DNA of 64,000 nt from Candidatus Latescibacterota bacterium (GCA_965219455.1 OZ244744.1:2464001-2528000); one strand, 5' to 3'. Positions 1 to 9,304 are shown, counted from the stretch's first letter. The notes: generated by a model from the letters alone, not told the origin. Made by a program: numbers and translations.

Positions 1-1
1 C

Positions 2-187
2 TTTCACACTTGCTCATTGACCGGTCCACTTCCCCAGAGTCTGACCCGGCTAGAGCATCTTGACCTCTTGTTGTTTCACAGGACGGGCTTGTGCGCACCC
101 ACTAACGAAACCTTTCAGACCTGGCTCCGGGGCGTTGCCACCGCCCGCGGCCCGAATTGTGATTCCTCTGAAAGTAGTGAAGAGTAA
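2..187 (+). CDS. C-terminal end of a leucine-rich-repeat protein (truncated by window edge)
   Basis: Frame 2 reads FHTCSLTGPLPQSLTRLEHLDLLLFHRTGLCAPTNETFQTWLRGVATARGPNC...* (stop 185-187): an LtGpLPqsL LRR followed by the GLCAP..FQTWL cap. Not in the ORF track because it has no start codon. Confidence 0.75.
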   Translation, partial: FHTCSLTGPLPQSLTRLEHLDLLLFHRTGLCAPTNETFQTWLRGVATARGPNCDSSESSEE

Positions 188-423
188 CGAACACCTGAGG
201 GAAACTTTAAGAAAGCAGTTCCACTCCGTTACTCAAAACTGACCTTCCTTCGAAATTGACCTACCACAACTCAAACAACATCTGGACGACGGATGTGTTT
301 ACTGATAATACGTTGGTTCTAGACTCCAACTATTCACAAGCGGTCCAGATCCCGCAATGGCTGGGCAGCACACACGAATAGTATCTCCTGTACAAGGATG
401 TTTTTGACAGAGACGGGCGCGGG

Positions 424-623
424 GACCTCTCCCCCCGGACAGAGCTATCAGCTATTAGCCGTAAGCTGTCAGCTAAAAACGAAAAACCGATTCAGGTGAC
501 GCCAACGCCATTGTGTGGGCGACCGCGAAGGGCGCAGACCTCTCCCCCCGGCCCCCTCTCCTAAAGGAAAGGGGGAGACAAGCGTTGACTGTTCCCCCTT
601 CCGTCAGGAAGGGGGTAGGTCTC
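424..623 (+). repeat. Composite intergenic repeat: heptamer array + C-rich/G-rich hairpin pair (copy A)
   Basis: GCTATCA-type heptamers, then ACCTCTCCCCCCGGCCCCCTCTCCTAAAGGAAAGGGGGAG (538-577) and an inverted GTTCCCCCTTCC..GGAAGGGGG.TAGGTC; matches the reverse complement of 17339-17581 and 54540-54753. Confidence 0.85.
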
Positions 624-701
624 CTGTTTTTTCCGAAGCCCCCGGATTCCCACGTGGATTCGGGTTTTTTTTTGACGTCGGGTCACGCCCCGAATCGATG
701 A

Positions 702-901
702 GGCAGATATGGCAGAACAAATATGCAATTATGGCATATACGATTTACAGTAATGCCAAAATGGCATATACCCATCCCGGAATCGCGACCAAAATGCCAG
801 TTCTGTAGGTGTAATCATTCGATTTATGTCGATAAACTATTGATATATATGGCTATATGCGACTCCCGAGTCAGGCTCGACGTAATTGGCACGGCGCTTG
901 C
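702..901 (+). promoter_or_regulatory. Sigma-54 promoter of hsp20 with IHF site and candidate upstream activator sites
   Basis: TGGCACG-GCGC-TTGC at 887-901 is an exact -24/-12 consensus; TATCAATAGTTTA (minus, 833-845) matches IHF WATCAAN4TTR; repeated TGCCAAAATGGCA-like sites at 702-714, 724-736, 754-766. Confidence 0.75.
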
Positions 902-1003
902 GAAAAGATGTTGGCACAGGCTCGAGGGCGAACCGGCAGCTCTCGAGACCGGCAATAACAACAATTCGTCGGGAAAACCGTTAATCAAAAGGAGGATTCA
1001 ACC

Positions 1004-1438
1004 ATGACACTCACAAGGTGGCAACCCCGTCGGCGCTTTGGGCTCGTGCCCGAGATCGATCGTTTTTTCGACAGCTTCTGGAGAGGCCCGCAACACGAAC
1101 TCCCGATGCTGTCCACGTGGAGTCCGGCGACGGACGTGCAGGAGACCGATACGGATCTGCGGGTTCACGTGGAGCTTCCCGGCCTGTCCAAGAAGGACAT
1201 CAAGGTCAACATGGACAACGGCGTCCTGGCCATCCAGGGTGAGAAGCAGCACGCGGCCGAGGAAAAGGAGAACCGGTACCACGTGTCGGAGCGGACCTAC
1301 GGACGTTTCGCGCGGTCGTTCACGCTCCCGTCCGAAGTGGACGCGGAGAAGATCAAGGCGGGATTCGAGAACGGCGTGCTCACGCTGACCCTGCCGAAGG
1401 TGAAAGCGACCACGTCGAAGGCGATCGAGATTGCGTAG
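1004..1438 (+). CDS. Small heat shock protein (Hsp20/alpha-crystallin family)
   Basis: WSPATDVQET, ELPGLSKKDI, ERTYGRFARSFTLP, FENGVLTLTLPK motifs; AGGAGG RBS. Confidence 0.97.
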   Translation: MTLTRWQPRRRFGLVPEIDRFFDSFWRGPQHELPMLSTWSPATDVQETDTDLRVHVELPGLSKKDIKVNMDNGVLAIQGEKQHAAEEKENRYHVSERTYGRFARSFTLPSEVDAEKIKAGFENGVLTLTLPKVKATTSKAIEIA

Positions 1439-1445
1439 CAAAGCA

Positions 1446-1492
1446 CCCACAAAAAAAGACCGGCGGGAATACCGCCGGTCTTTTTTTGTGGG
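1446..1492. terminator. Bidirectional intrinsic terminator after hsp20
   Basis: CCCACAAAAAAAGACCGGCGG-GAATA-CCGCCGGTCTTTTTTTGTGGG perfect stem with A and T tracts, just after the stop codon. Confidence 0.9.
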
Positions 1493-1520
1493 CAGCGATC
1501 AGCAGTCAACAGTCAGATTG

Positions 1521-1870
1521 AAGCAAAAGGCAAAAACCAGATTCCAAATCCACATCTCCCCAAATTCCCTGCCTCCGGCGGAGGAAGGAAGGAAAAGGGA
1601 AAATCAAATTTAAAATCCATTTCTCCCCAGATTCCCTGCCTTCGGCGAGTTCCTTTTGAAGCGACCAAAAGGAACCAAAAGTCGCCGCTAGGCGCGGGGC
1701 CTGCCATATGCACAGCGCGAATTTCCTCACGGGATGCACCCGATCTGCTGCCCTACCAGCCACGGAGGAACATCGATCCAACGTGCTGAACGGAACAGCG
1801 CGCTCTGCTTTGACAGTCCTCCGGGGGATTATTGCTTTCGTAGCACGTTTGGCTTTCTGGTAAGGAGGGT
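1521..1870 (+). repeat. Structured dispersed element, copy 1 (core 1649-1821)
   Basis: Close match to 3111-3312 over ~200 bp; hairpin GTTCCTTTTG-AAGCGAC-CAAAAGGAAC; long-range stem 1696-1719/1799-1821. Confidence 0.85.
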
Positions 1871-1960
1871 GAAAACAGCAAGCAGGGGTTAGCCTCAATT
1901 CGGCCAGAGTCCGTTGCGATTTGGCCTGGCGAAGACCATTACCGATAACATCGCCCTCAC

Positions 1961-1988
1961 GCGGGCAACCACAAGGGTTGCCCCTACA
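1961..1988 (-). repeat. GTAG-type REP palindrome
   Basis: GGGCAACCACAAGGGTTGCCCCTAC; same or related copies near 6064, 9768, 9883, 12447, 19860, 20766, 21806. Confidence 0.85.
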
Positions 1989-2107
1989 AATGTAGCGACG
2001 GCGCCACGAGGGAAAGCCGTTTGCGGATAGAACGTATATCCTGCCCTGCCAGCGAAATCGGATATCGGGGTTCGGTGGGTGCGGATTCTGTGACGCCCCG
2101 AGTGAAC

Positions 2108-3082
2108 TCATCCCTTTACAACTGAACGCATGGCCCGGATGTGCTCCGGCCCCGTCGCACAGCAGCCCCCGATAATCTGCGCGCCCATGGCCTTCCATTC
2201 CCGAGCGAACGCGGCAAGCCGTTCGGGTGTGTTGTCGCCCCGCTGCAGAATTTCGGCCGTTTCATCCGGCGACGTTCCGGCTTCTCCGGATCCCAGAGGC
2301 GCCAGAGGACGGTACCCGATGTTGGGGTATGCGCCCACGCAGCCGTCGAAAGCCTCTTTCAGATACGGTAGTCCGGCCGAGACTTCCGCCGGCGGCGTGC
2401 ACATAATCAGGACGCCGTCGACTTTGTGGCCTGCCAGAGCCGCAGCAAGGTCCTCGAGCCGCTCGCCGTACTGCATTGCTCCGTCTTCCCGAATATGCCG
2501 GACGCCCAGAAACGCCGGCAGGCCGGTCCCGGCGCACGCGTCCGCGGCCGCTACGCAGTCGGCGATGTATCCGACGTATTCCACCCAGATCACATCTACG
2601 CCGACCTCGGCCAGCACCTTCGCATGGTCGCCAATCTCCCTCCGGTACGCTTCCTCACCCATAATGTCAACGTCGGATTGTCTACCCTCGGACTGCCTCT
2701 GTACACACGGAGGCGCGATGCCGCCCGCAACGTAAGCCTCGGGGTTAACGGCGTCGCGCGCCGCGATTGCGTTCTCCGCGGCTGCCCGGGCGTAAGCTTC
2801 CCATCGGCCGCCCAGTCCAATTGGCGCCATTCGCGTGGGGCTCGTCCAGAAGTTGTTGCTGATAATGATGTCGGCGCCCGCTCGCAGGTAGTCCCCGTGG
2901 ACCTCCCGGACCGCCTCCGGCGCTTCCATATTGGCCGTGGCCGACCAGGCCTGTAGCCCACCCTCGGCCGTGGCGCCCTTCAACACGTCGATTCCTCTTC
3001 TCTGCAGTTCAGACCCGGTTCCGCCATCCAGGAGCAGAGAGGCGCCAGATTCGAGTCGATCCAGAATATTCGTTGAAGGCAT
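2108..3082 (-). CDS. Homocysteine S-methyltransferase family protein
   Basis: LLDGGTGSEL, YLRAGADII, GAYPN and IIGGCCATGPEHI (Zn-binding GGCC) motifs. Confidence 0.92.
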   Translation of the reverse strand: MPSTNILDRLESGASLLLDGGTGSELQRRGIDVLKGATAEGGLQAWSATANMEAPEAVREVHGDYLRAGADIIISNNFWTSPTRMAPIGLGGRWEAYARAAAENAIAARDAVNPEAYVAGGIAPPCVQRQSEGRQSDVDIMGEEAYRREIGDHAKVLAEVGVDVIWVEYVGYIADCVAAADACAGTGLPAFLGVRHIREDGAMQYGERLEDLAAALAGHKVDGVLIMCTPPAEVSAGLPYLKEAFDGCVGAYPNIGYRPLAPLGSGEAGTSPDETAEILQRGDNTPERLAAFAREWKAMGAQIIGGCCATGPEHIRAMRSVVKG

Positions 3083-3110
3083 CGGATCCTCCTTAAACAG
3101 ATTCAGCGGT

Positions 3111-3460
3111 CAGCCAAAAGCGAAAACCAAATTCAACACCCACCTCTCCCCAAATTCCCTGCCTCTGGCGGAGGGAGGAAGGAAAAGGGAAAATCAGATT
3201 TAAAATCCACATCTCCCCATATTCCCTGCCTTCGGCGAGTTCCTTTTGACGCGACCAAAAGGAACCAAAAGTCGCCGCTAGGCGCGGGGCCTGCCATATG
3301 CACAGCGCGAATACCCACAAGGGACGCCCATGACCCTCTGCCCTGCCGGCGATAGCGAATTACAATGTTGAGAGATGGACGGAACCGCGCGCTCTGCTCT
3401 GGTAGTCCTCTCGAAAGGCATCGCGTCTGAAACCAGCAGGGTTTCCTGTAAGTGGGGAGC
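3111..3460 (+). repeat. Structured dispersed element, copy 2 (core 3239-3410)
   Basis: Direct repeat of copy 1 at an offset of 1590 bp; same hairpin and long stem, divergent loop. Confidence 0.85.
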
Positions 3461-3606
3461 AATCAGCGTAGAGTCGTCAGCTAAAGGCGAAAAGCAGCTC
3501 ACACGAAGACACAAAGAAAAAGGGCATAAATATATAAATAACAATATAATAGAGATAAATACCGTCAGTCCGGAACAAAACCCGTCATTCTTCTTTCCTT
3601 TCCGAA

Positions 3607-4851
3607 TCATGCCTCCGGCAGGGTGAACCGCACGCGGTCGAACCGCCGGGCCATCGCCATCGCGCGTTTACGGGCGCCCTCCGGATCCCGCTGGCTCATC
3701 ACATCCAGTATGCAGCCGGCGATCTCGGGGGCGTCCGCCTCCGTCATGCCGTATCGGGTCACTTCCTGCACGCCGATGCGAAGACCGTGCGTCCCCAGTT
3801 CTTCCGGAACGCCGGCCGCATTGACGAGAATATGGCACGCCTCCAACTGCCTGGCCAGCGTACTGCTCTCGCCGAACGCTTCAACAATCGGCAGCACGGT
3901 GTGAGATTCGGTGAATCCCCGTTCGGCGCCCACAACCGGCACCCCCTGTGCGTCGAACGCCCGGCCCAGCGCCCGGGCATTGCCGATAATCGCATCCGCA
4001 TGCGCCTCCCCGCACGCCATCCACTCCAGGAACGTGCCCGCAAGCGACGGCAGGCGGCTGAGGTGATGGTTGGCGATCATCAGAGGCACGGTTGCCTTTG
4101 CGATGCGCTCGGCAACGTCTCTGTTGTCGGTCAGAATCATTCCACCCTGCGGGCCTGCAAGCGTCTTATGGGTACTCGTAATGATCACATCGGCGCCTTC
4201 CTTAAGGGGAGACTGAAACCGCCCGCCAGCGATCAATCCCATCACATGGGCCGCATCGTAAACGAGGCAGGAACCGGGACTGTACCGATTCATCGCGTCT
4301 TTCAGTTCCCGCACCGGCTGGGGAAAGAGGAACAGCGCCGATCCGACGATCACCAGTCCGGGACGGTGCTCGCGAATCAGCGAGACCGTCCGATCCAGAT
4401 CTATATTGTACTGTTTCCAATCCCATGGAATCGGAATCGACTTCAGGTCCACTTTCAAGTCCGAGTTCGCCAGCTTGGCGGCATACATGTGCCCGTTACG
4501 CACCTCAAGTGCCGTATCTCCCGGACGACCCAGCCCAAACACGGCGATAATCCCTGCAATATTCCCCGAGAGCGGTCGCAGGTCGACATAGGCCGCCCCG
4601 AAGAGCCCCTTCGCCAGGTCCTGGGCCATCTCCTCAATCTGCATGAGGAACGCATTCCCGGGATACCCCCGGTTGCGCGGATCGATACCGGAATAGGACC
4701 CGTACCTGTGGTCCAGATCATCCACGATCAATCGCTCGACAAGCGGGCTGGGCCTGTTCTCCGACGCGATAAGGTTCAAACTGCTTTCCCGAAACGTCGT
4801 ATGCTTCTCGACCAGGGCATCGATTTCCCGGACTCTTTGGCCAAAATTCAT
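3607..4851 (-). CDS. Divergent serine hydroxymethyltransferase-fold PLP enzyme
   Basis: LNLIASEN, YDAAH, TSTHKTLAGPQGG (PLP lysine), GLRIG; lacks the KYAEG motif. Confidence 0.85.
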   Translation of the reverse strand: MNFGQRVREIDALVEKHTTFRESSLNLIASENRPSPLVERLIVDDLDHRYGSYSGIDPRNRGYPGNAFLMQIEEMAQDLAKGLFGAAYVDLRPLSGNIAGIIAVFGLGRPGDTALEVRNGHMYAAKLANSDLKVDLKSIPIPWDWKQYNIDLDRTVSLIREHRPGLVIVGSALFLFPQPVRELKDAMNRYSPGSCLVYDAAHVMGLIAGGRFQSPLKEGADVIITSTHKTLAGPQGGMILTDNRDVAERIAKATVPLMIANHHLSRLPSLAGTFLEWMACGEAHADAIIGNARALGRAFDAQGVPVVGAERGFTESHTVLPIVEAFGESSTLARQLEACHILVNAAGVPEELGTHGLRIGVQEVTRYGMTEADAPEIAGCILDVMSQRDPEGARKRAMAMARRFDRVRFTLPEA

Positions 4852-5912
4852 AGGGTTTTCCCTTTTCGCGTTAACGCATCGATCAGATCGACTTCGCTAT
4901 AAAGGAGCGCCCGTGCAAAAGCGCCTTCCCCCGCGTAGTCGGGCGCATTCCACGTTTTGGGCGCGCTGTAACAGGCCGTCACAAGCCGCTCGCCCAGCCT
5001 CACGGTCGAGGGGTACCCCAGATCGCTGTCCCCCAGATCATCGCACACGATCAGCCGGACACTCCAGGTGCGCCCCCCGTCTTTGCTCACGCGGGCCTGC
5101 ACGCCGAAAGGTTCGTGCCGCACGCCATGCACCATCAGAATCCAATCGTTGGACAGCAACGTCAGGTCGGCCGGGTGTTCCCGTTCGCCGGTCACCTCCA
5201 ACGGTGCGTCCCACGTGTACCCTCCGTCTGCGGAACGGCACACCGCGATCAAGCCCCCTCGATCAGCGGAACGCATCGCTGCCAGTAGCACACCATCGGA
5301 GGTGAGGAGCAAGGCCGTTTCGTTGTATCCTTCGGCAATCAGCGAAGGGCGATCCCACGTCCGGCCGCTGTCGTCAGAACGCAGAACATACGCGCAATCG
5401 CCCGTCTCGACACCGGAACGGATATTGTGGCCGTAGAGCGGCAGCAGCATCGTCCCTCCGGGAAGGGTGACAATCCGGCCGAACGCGGAGTGCAATTCCA
5501 TCTCGGTGAATCCGAGGGGCCGGTTGTCTTCCCAGCTTCTCCCCCCGTCGCGAGATCGGGTGACGCGCATCTGCACGCGTCGCAACTCCGGCATCCAGCT
5601 TCCGCCTTCGCCATAGGACCCCTGGGCGTGGTAGGCCAGTACGACCGTCCCATCGGGCGCCACGCCCACGGCCGGATTCCGGTCGTCCGCCTGGGTGTCC
5701 ACAATAACGACCGGCGGCTCCCACGTCCGCCCGCCGTCCGGCGAGCGAACCGCCTCCAGGCGGCCGGTAACGCCCACGTGACCCGCCCCGGCGCGCACCA
5801 CGGCCAGGATTTCCTCGCCGTGCACGTTGACGAGAACCGGAAAATAGCCGAAGTCACGGCAGAGATACACCTCGGTAGCTGAAGGAAACCTGCGACAATC
5901 GATCGTGTTCAT
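4848..5912 (-). CDS. BNR/Asp-box sialidase-family protein
   Basis: Repeated SxDGGxTW Asp boxes and DLGYPS motif; stop overlaps the start of the SHMT-like gene. Confidence 0.88.
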   Translation of the reverse strand: MNTIDCRRFPSATEVYLCRDFGYFPVLVNVHGEEILAVVRAGAGHVGVTGRLEAVRSPDGGRTWEPPVVIVDTQADDRNPAVGVAPDGTVVLAYHAQGSYGEGGSWMPELRRVQMRVTRSRDGGRSWEDNRPLGFTEMELHSAFGRIVTLPGGTMLLPLYGHNIRSGVETGDCAYVLRSDDSGRTWDRPSLIAEGYNETALLLTSDGVLLAAMRSADRGGLIAVCRSADGGYTWDAPLEVTGEREHPADLTLLSNDWILMVHGVRHEPFGVQARVSKDGGRTWSVRLIVCDDLGDSDLGYPSTVRLGERLVTACYSAPKTWNAPDYAGEGAFARALLYSEVDLIDALTRKGKTL

Positions 5913-5934
5913 CAAGAATTCCTTTTTGAAAATT

Positions 5935-6091
5935 CAGCTATCAGCTAAAACAGCGATCAGCGATCAGTTTACAGCCGTCAGCTTGAAGCAAAAGGCGAAA
6001 ACCAAATTCAACCTCTCCCCCCGGCCCCCTCTCCTAAAGGAAAGGGGGAGAAACACCGGCAAGGCGGGCAACCACAAGGGTTGCCCCTACA
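5935..6091 (+). repeat. Heptamer array + C-rich hairpin + REP (partial composite repeat)
   Basis: CAGCTATCAGCTA...GCCGTCAGC, ACCTCTCCCCCCGGCCCCCTCTCCTAAAGGAAAGGGGGAG, GGGCAACCACAAGGGTTGCCCCTAC. Confidence 0.8.
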
Positions 6092-6115
6092 AAAGCCAAC
6101 GTCGTCGCGGGAACT

Positions 6116-9100
6116 TCAACAGTGCCAGACGTCCGCTATCCGCCATGAATCTCCAGGCGCGACGTCGTATACGTAGAACGGTTTTCCCGAAAACGCCGCC
6201 GCCTCGCCGGTATCGGCCAGCATAAGCTTTCCCTTCTCCGCCGTTTTCAATCGAGGTCCGGTCTGCCCCCGCGTATGTGAAATGGTCTTGCCATCGAACA
6301 GGTCGCGCGCCACTTCCAGCTTCAGCATCGGCGTACCCGTCAGCAGCGTTGCGCCTTCCACCGCCTCAATCCGTCCCTCGCTCAACAGGAAGTCCATCTT
6401 GTCCAGTGATATCCTGTACCGGCCCTCACCCGCCGCCTCCACGCCCGCAACCTCGTAGGACGAATTACAGATGTAGCCGGGATGCGAGAGTACGACCGTC
6501 CGCCCGATCAGCGAACCATCCACCGGAAGCGGAACCGACGACGTCACGACGATCCGGCGGTCCTCGACGTCCACCGCGTCGACCCGTCCTCCCCATGCTC
6601 CCGGCCCTTCCATCTCGACCTCTCCGAATCGAAAGGCCTTTCCATTCACCACCTGCGCCCGGCGGATCGTATCGCCCTCGCGCTCCACAAACGCCCAGTC
6701 CCCGTCGAATCGAAACGGCAGGCTGTCCGCCTCGCCCTCCAGGAACCCATCCGTTCCGTCCACGATATAGTGGACACGCTTGCCGATCTCCACCCTCAAG
6801 CCCGCGGCCCGACCGCCTATACAAAGCGTCGCCACCTTGTCTATGCAAGTCGCCCCGGAAAACGGCTCCAGAACGCCCATGAACCGGTTTTCCTTCCCAT
6901 CCTGTCCTGACCGACGTACGATCACGGACCGGTCCCAGGGACTGTGGTCCTGCAGTCCCATCCCCTCGGCGAGCCCTGTAATCACCGTTGAACCCGCCTC
7001 GCCTGGCATGTGCAGCCGGATGCCTGCGCCCTCTTCTTCCGTCCGCCAGGTTGCCGTCAACCCGCCGTCCGTCCGGGCCCTCGCCACGTCCTTCACGAAC
7101 CCGTACCCGGGCGCCTCTCCGAACGGGACGTCGGGTCCGGCCAGCGTCCCCTCGTCCTGCGCCTCGAGGACCGCGTCCTCAGGCAGATCAATCTCGAACC
7201 GTTCCGCGTTCTCCCCGGCCCAACTGTGGAAACTGTAGTCGTGTTCCGCACCGCCCGCAATCCGGAACCAATCGACCACGTAGGCCCGCGTCTCATCCAC
7301 GGGAACCAGCGCCACCGCCCTGCGGTACAGGTTCGCGAGGTCCGGATAGGCCCGCTCGCCGGACGCATCGGCCATGTGCACCCACGGCCCGGGCACGAAA
7401 AGATTCAGACTGCCCGTTGCGAACACCTGGTTCTGGCCGTCGATGGCCGCTGTACAGTGACTGGCCGTATGCGTCTCCCATCCGGCTTTCTTCGGCGCCA
7501 CCCAGCTTGGCGGATATCCCAGGTCCGCGGACAGATCGTATCCGTAAGCGATGACATTCACCGCCAGCTTATCCATATGCCCGTGCCCGTGGTTCCCTTT
7601 CCCATAGTTCAACACGACATGCCGGCGGCTTGCCTGTTGGTCTCCCGCCCGCAGAATGCAGAACCCCGAATCGTGCAACACGTCGCTCTCGGGTGAAATG
7701 CCTCCGGCCTCCGCCGTCTCATTCCACGGTTCGCAATGGAACAACAGAAAGAGATCGCCGCCCTTGCGAGCGGCGTCCGGATCGCCGACGGCGGCCGCCA
7801 ACAAACGCCGCACATACAGATCCCGCGCCTCGGGCAGCCGCAGGAGACCGATCTCGTCTTCGAGGGAATATGGCGTGCGCAACACGGAGTTCCGGCCCCC
7901 GCCCGTATCCCCGATCATCGGCACGCGCCCGTCGCAGTCCACAGCGCGCGCGAATTCCATCATCTCGCGCAGTCGGAACCTTGGATCGTGATACAGGTCC
8001 ACGGGTGACGGGAAATGCGCTCCGTCATGAAACCCCAGGGTCCATTCGGCGGCATCCAGCGCCTCCCGAATGTTGCCAGTACTGTAAGAAATCGAGTCAT
8101 ACCAGAACTTCCCGTCCCGGAAGAAACTATTGGACATCACATTGTAAAGCCCCGTCGGCGCTTCCAGCGCCTGCCTGATCATCGCCCCGTTCTGCAGACA
8201 CGCCCCCACCTTGAGTAACGAGTAAAGCGATGACGTCAGGAAGTCGCCCCCGGCAATGGGCAACGTCCTGTCCAGAAACTCGTAGGCGTACGCGAACAGG
8301 TTCCGGTGGATGTTAAATATGATATCCTCCGATGTCACCCGCCCGTCCCCATCGAAATCCTCGCCCCCCCGTGCCCGGAAGAACCCGGCCACGTCCTCCT
8401 CTTCCAGCATTGCCTCGAAGATCAAATCGTACGTCACCGCCACGTGATTCAGAAAGAACTGCTCCCGCCCCGAAGCCTCCCCGACGTATCCGCGGATTGG
8501 ATCCTTGCTCCTGTCGTAGGCCTCGTATCCCTCCTTGATGCCCTGCAACCGCCCATACACCTCCGCCAGCCGGTTCAACAGGACCCCCGCCTTATGCGCG
8601 TACTTCCGCTCTCCCGTAAAGGCGTAAGCCAGCGCCAGGGCCTGGGACGCGGGCCGCCCCTGGTGTCCTGTTCCCGTCTGCGGGGCGTAGGGATTGGAAA
8701 ACAACCGGTAGAGGAGATAGCACCGGTACGCCCCCGTGAAATAATACGTGACACCCGCGTTCATGAACCCCTCCGGCGCCACCCACCCCGGTCCGTCGTC
8801 CACCACGCGGACCCGGGCGCCCGTGCCCGGGTTTTCGACTTCGATGCCCTGGTACCACCACTCTCCGCCGATATTGCACCGCCACTGATACGGATGTAAC
8901 AGGTCACTCTCGAGCGTGGACCGGTTGCCCCCGTGAATCGGACACCCGTCGTACTGGGCCACGGTCAACGCCATGGGATTCTGCGTTGGCACCATCGCAT
9001 ACAGCGTCTCATCGGAAAACCCCGTCCAGAAGTCGGCGTCCTTTACAATCTCGTCCACCATGTCCCGCGCCCACCCCAGGCGCTCCGCGTTCCGCCTTGC

Positions 9101-9304
9101 GCGGTCCAGGTCCTCCCGATTGTAGATCCCCACCATCCCCCGCCGTTTGCCAACGCCGATTACCTCTTCGTAGAATCCCGCCGCCCGCGCAAAGCGATCG
9201 GGTTCATGATCCGGCAGCGGTTCGCCCAGATGCAAACCCTCGTAAAGCGCGCGCAACGCCGATTCATCCGTTACGACTTCCCCGTTTACCGGCATCCTGA
9301 CCAT
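6116..9304 (-). CDS. Heparinase II/III-like polysaccharide lyase family protein
   Basis: GHGHMDKL, DLGYP, HTASHCT, YRRAVAL, YVVDWFRIAGG motifs; start placed at ATG 9304 after GGAAGGAG. Confidence 0.82.
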   Translation of the reverse strand: MVRMPVNGEVVTDESALRALYEGLHLGEPLPDHEPDRFARAAGFYEEVIGVGKRRGMVGIYNREDLDRARRNAERLGWARDMVDEIVKDADFWTGFSDETLYAMVPTQNPMALTVAQYDGCPIHGGNRSTLESDLLHPYQWRCNIGGEWWYQGIEVENPGTGARVRVVDDGPGWVAPEGFMNAGVTYYFTGAYRCYLLYRLFSNPYAPQTGTGHQGRPASQALALAYAFTGERKYAHKAGVLLNRLAEVYGRLQGIKEGYEAYDRSKDPIRGYVGEASGREQFFLNHVAVTYDLIFEAMLEEEDVAGFFRARGGEDFDGDGRVTSEDIIFNIHRNLFAYAYEFLDRTLPIAGGDFLTSSLYSLLKVGACLQNGAMIRQALEAPTGLYNVMSNSFFRDGKFWYDSISYSTGNIREALDAAEWTLGFHDGAHFPSPVDLYHDPRFRLREMMEFARAVDCDGRVPMIGDTGGGRNSVLRTPYSLEDEIGLLRLPEARDLYVRRLLAAAVGDPDAARKGGDLFLLFHCEPWNETAEAGGISPESDVLHDSGFCILRAGDQQASRRHVVLNYGKGNHGHGHMDKLAVNVIAYGYDLSADLGYPPSWVAPKKAGWETHTASHCTAAIDGQNQVFATGSLNLFVPGPWVHMADASGERAYPDLANLYRRAVALVPVDETRAYVVDWFRIAGGAEHDYSFHSWAGENAERFEIDLPEDAVLEAQDEGTLAGPDVPFGEAPGYGFVKDVARARTDGGLTATWRTEEEGAGIRLHMPGEAGSTVITGLAEGMGLQDHSPWDRSVIVRRSGQDGKENRFMGVLEPFSGATCIDKVATLCIGGRAAGLRVEIGKRVHYIVDGTDGFLEGEADSLPFRFDGDWAFVEREGDTIRRAQVVNGKAFRFGEVEMEGPGAWGGRVDAVDVEDRRIVVTSSVPLPVDGSLIGRTVVLSHPGYICNSSYEVAGVEAAGEGRYRISLDKMDFLLSEGRIEAVEGATLLTGTPMLKLEVARDLFDGKTISHTRGQTGPRLKTAEKGKLMLADTGEAAAFSGKPFYVYDVAPGDSWRIADVWHC

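Noticed and set aside
441-475. Heptamer arrays and other short repeats as a CRISPR array
   Set aside because: No 23-47-bp repeats separated by regular unique spacers and no cas genes.
911-940. Possible CIRCE element before hsp20 (TTGGCAC...)
   Set aside because: The right arm GAGTGCTAA at N9 spacing is absent.
1506-2198. ORFs 1506-2198, 3093-3320, 3133-3462 and similar with shared FALCIWQAPRLAATFGSFWS text
   Set aside because: They are translations of the non-coding repeat; starts, stops and lengths differ between copies.
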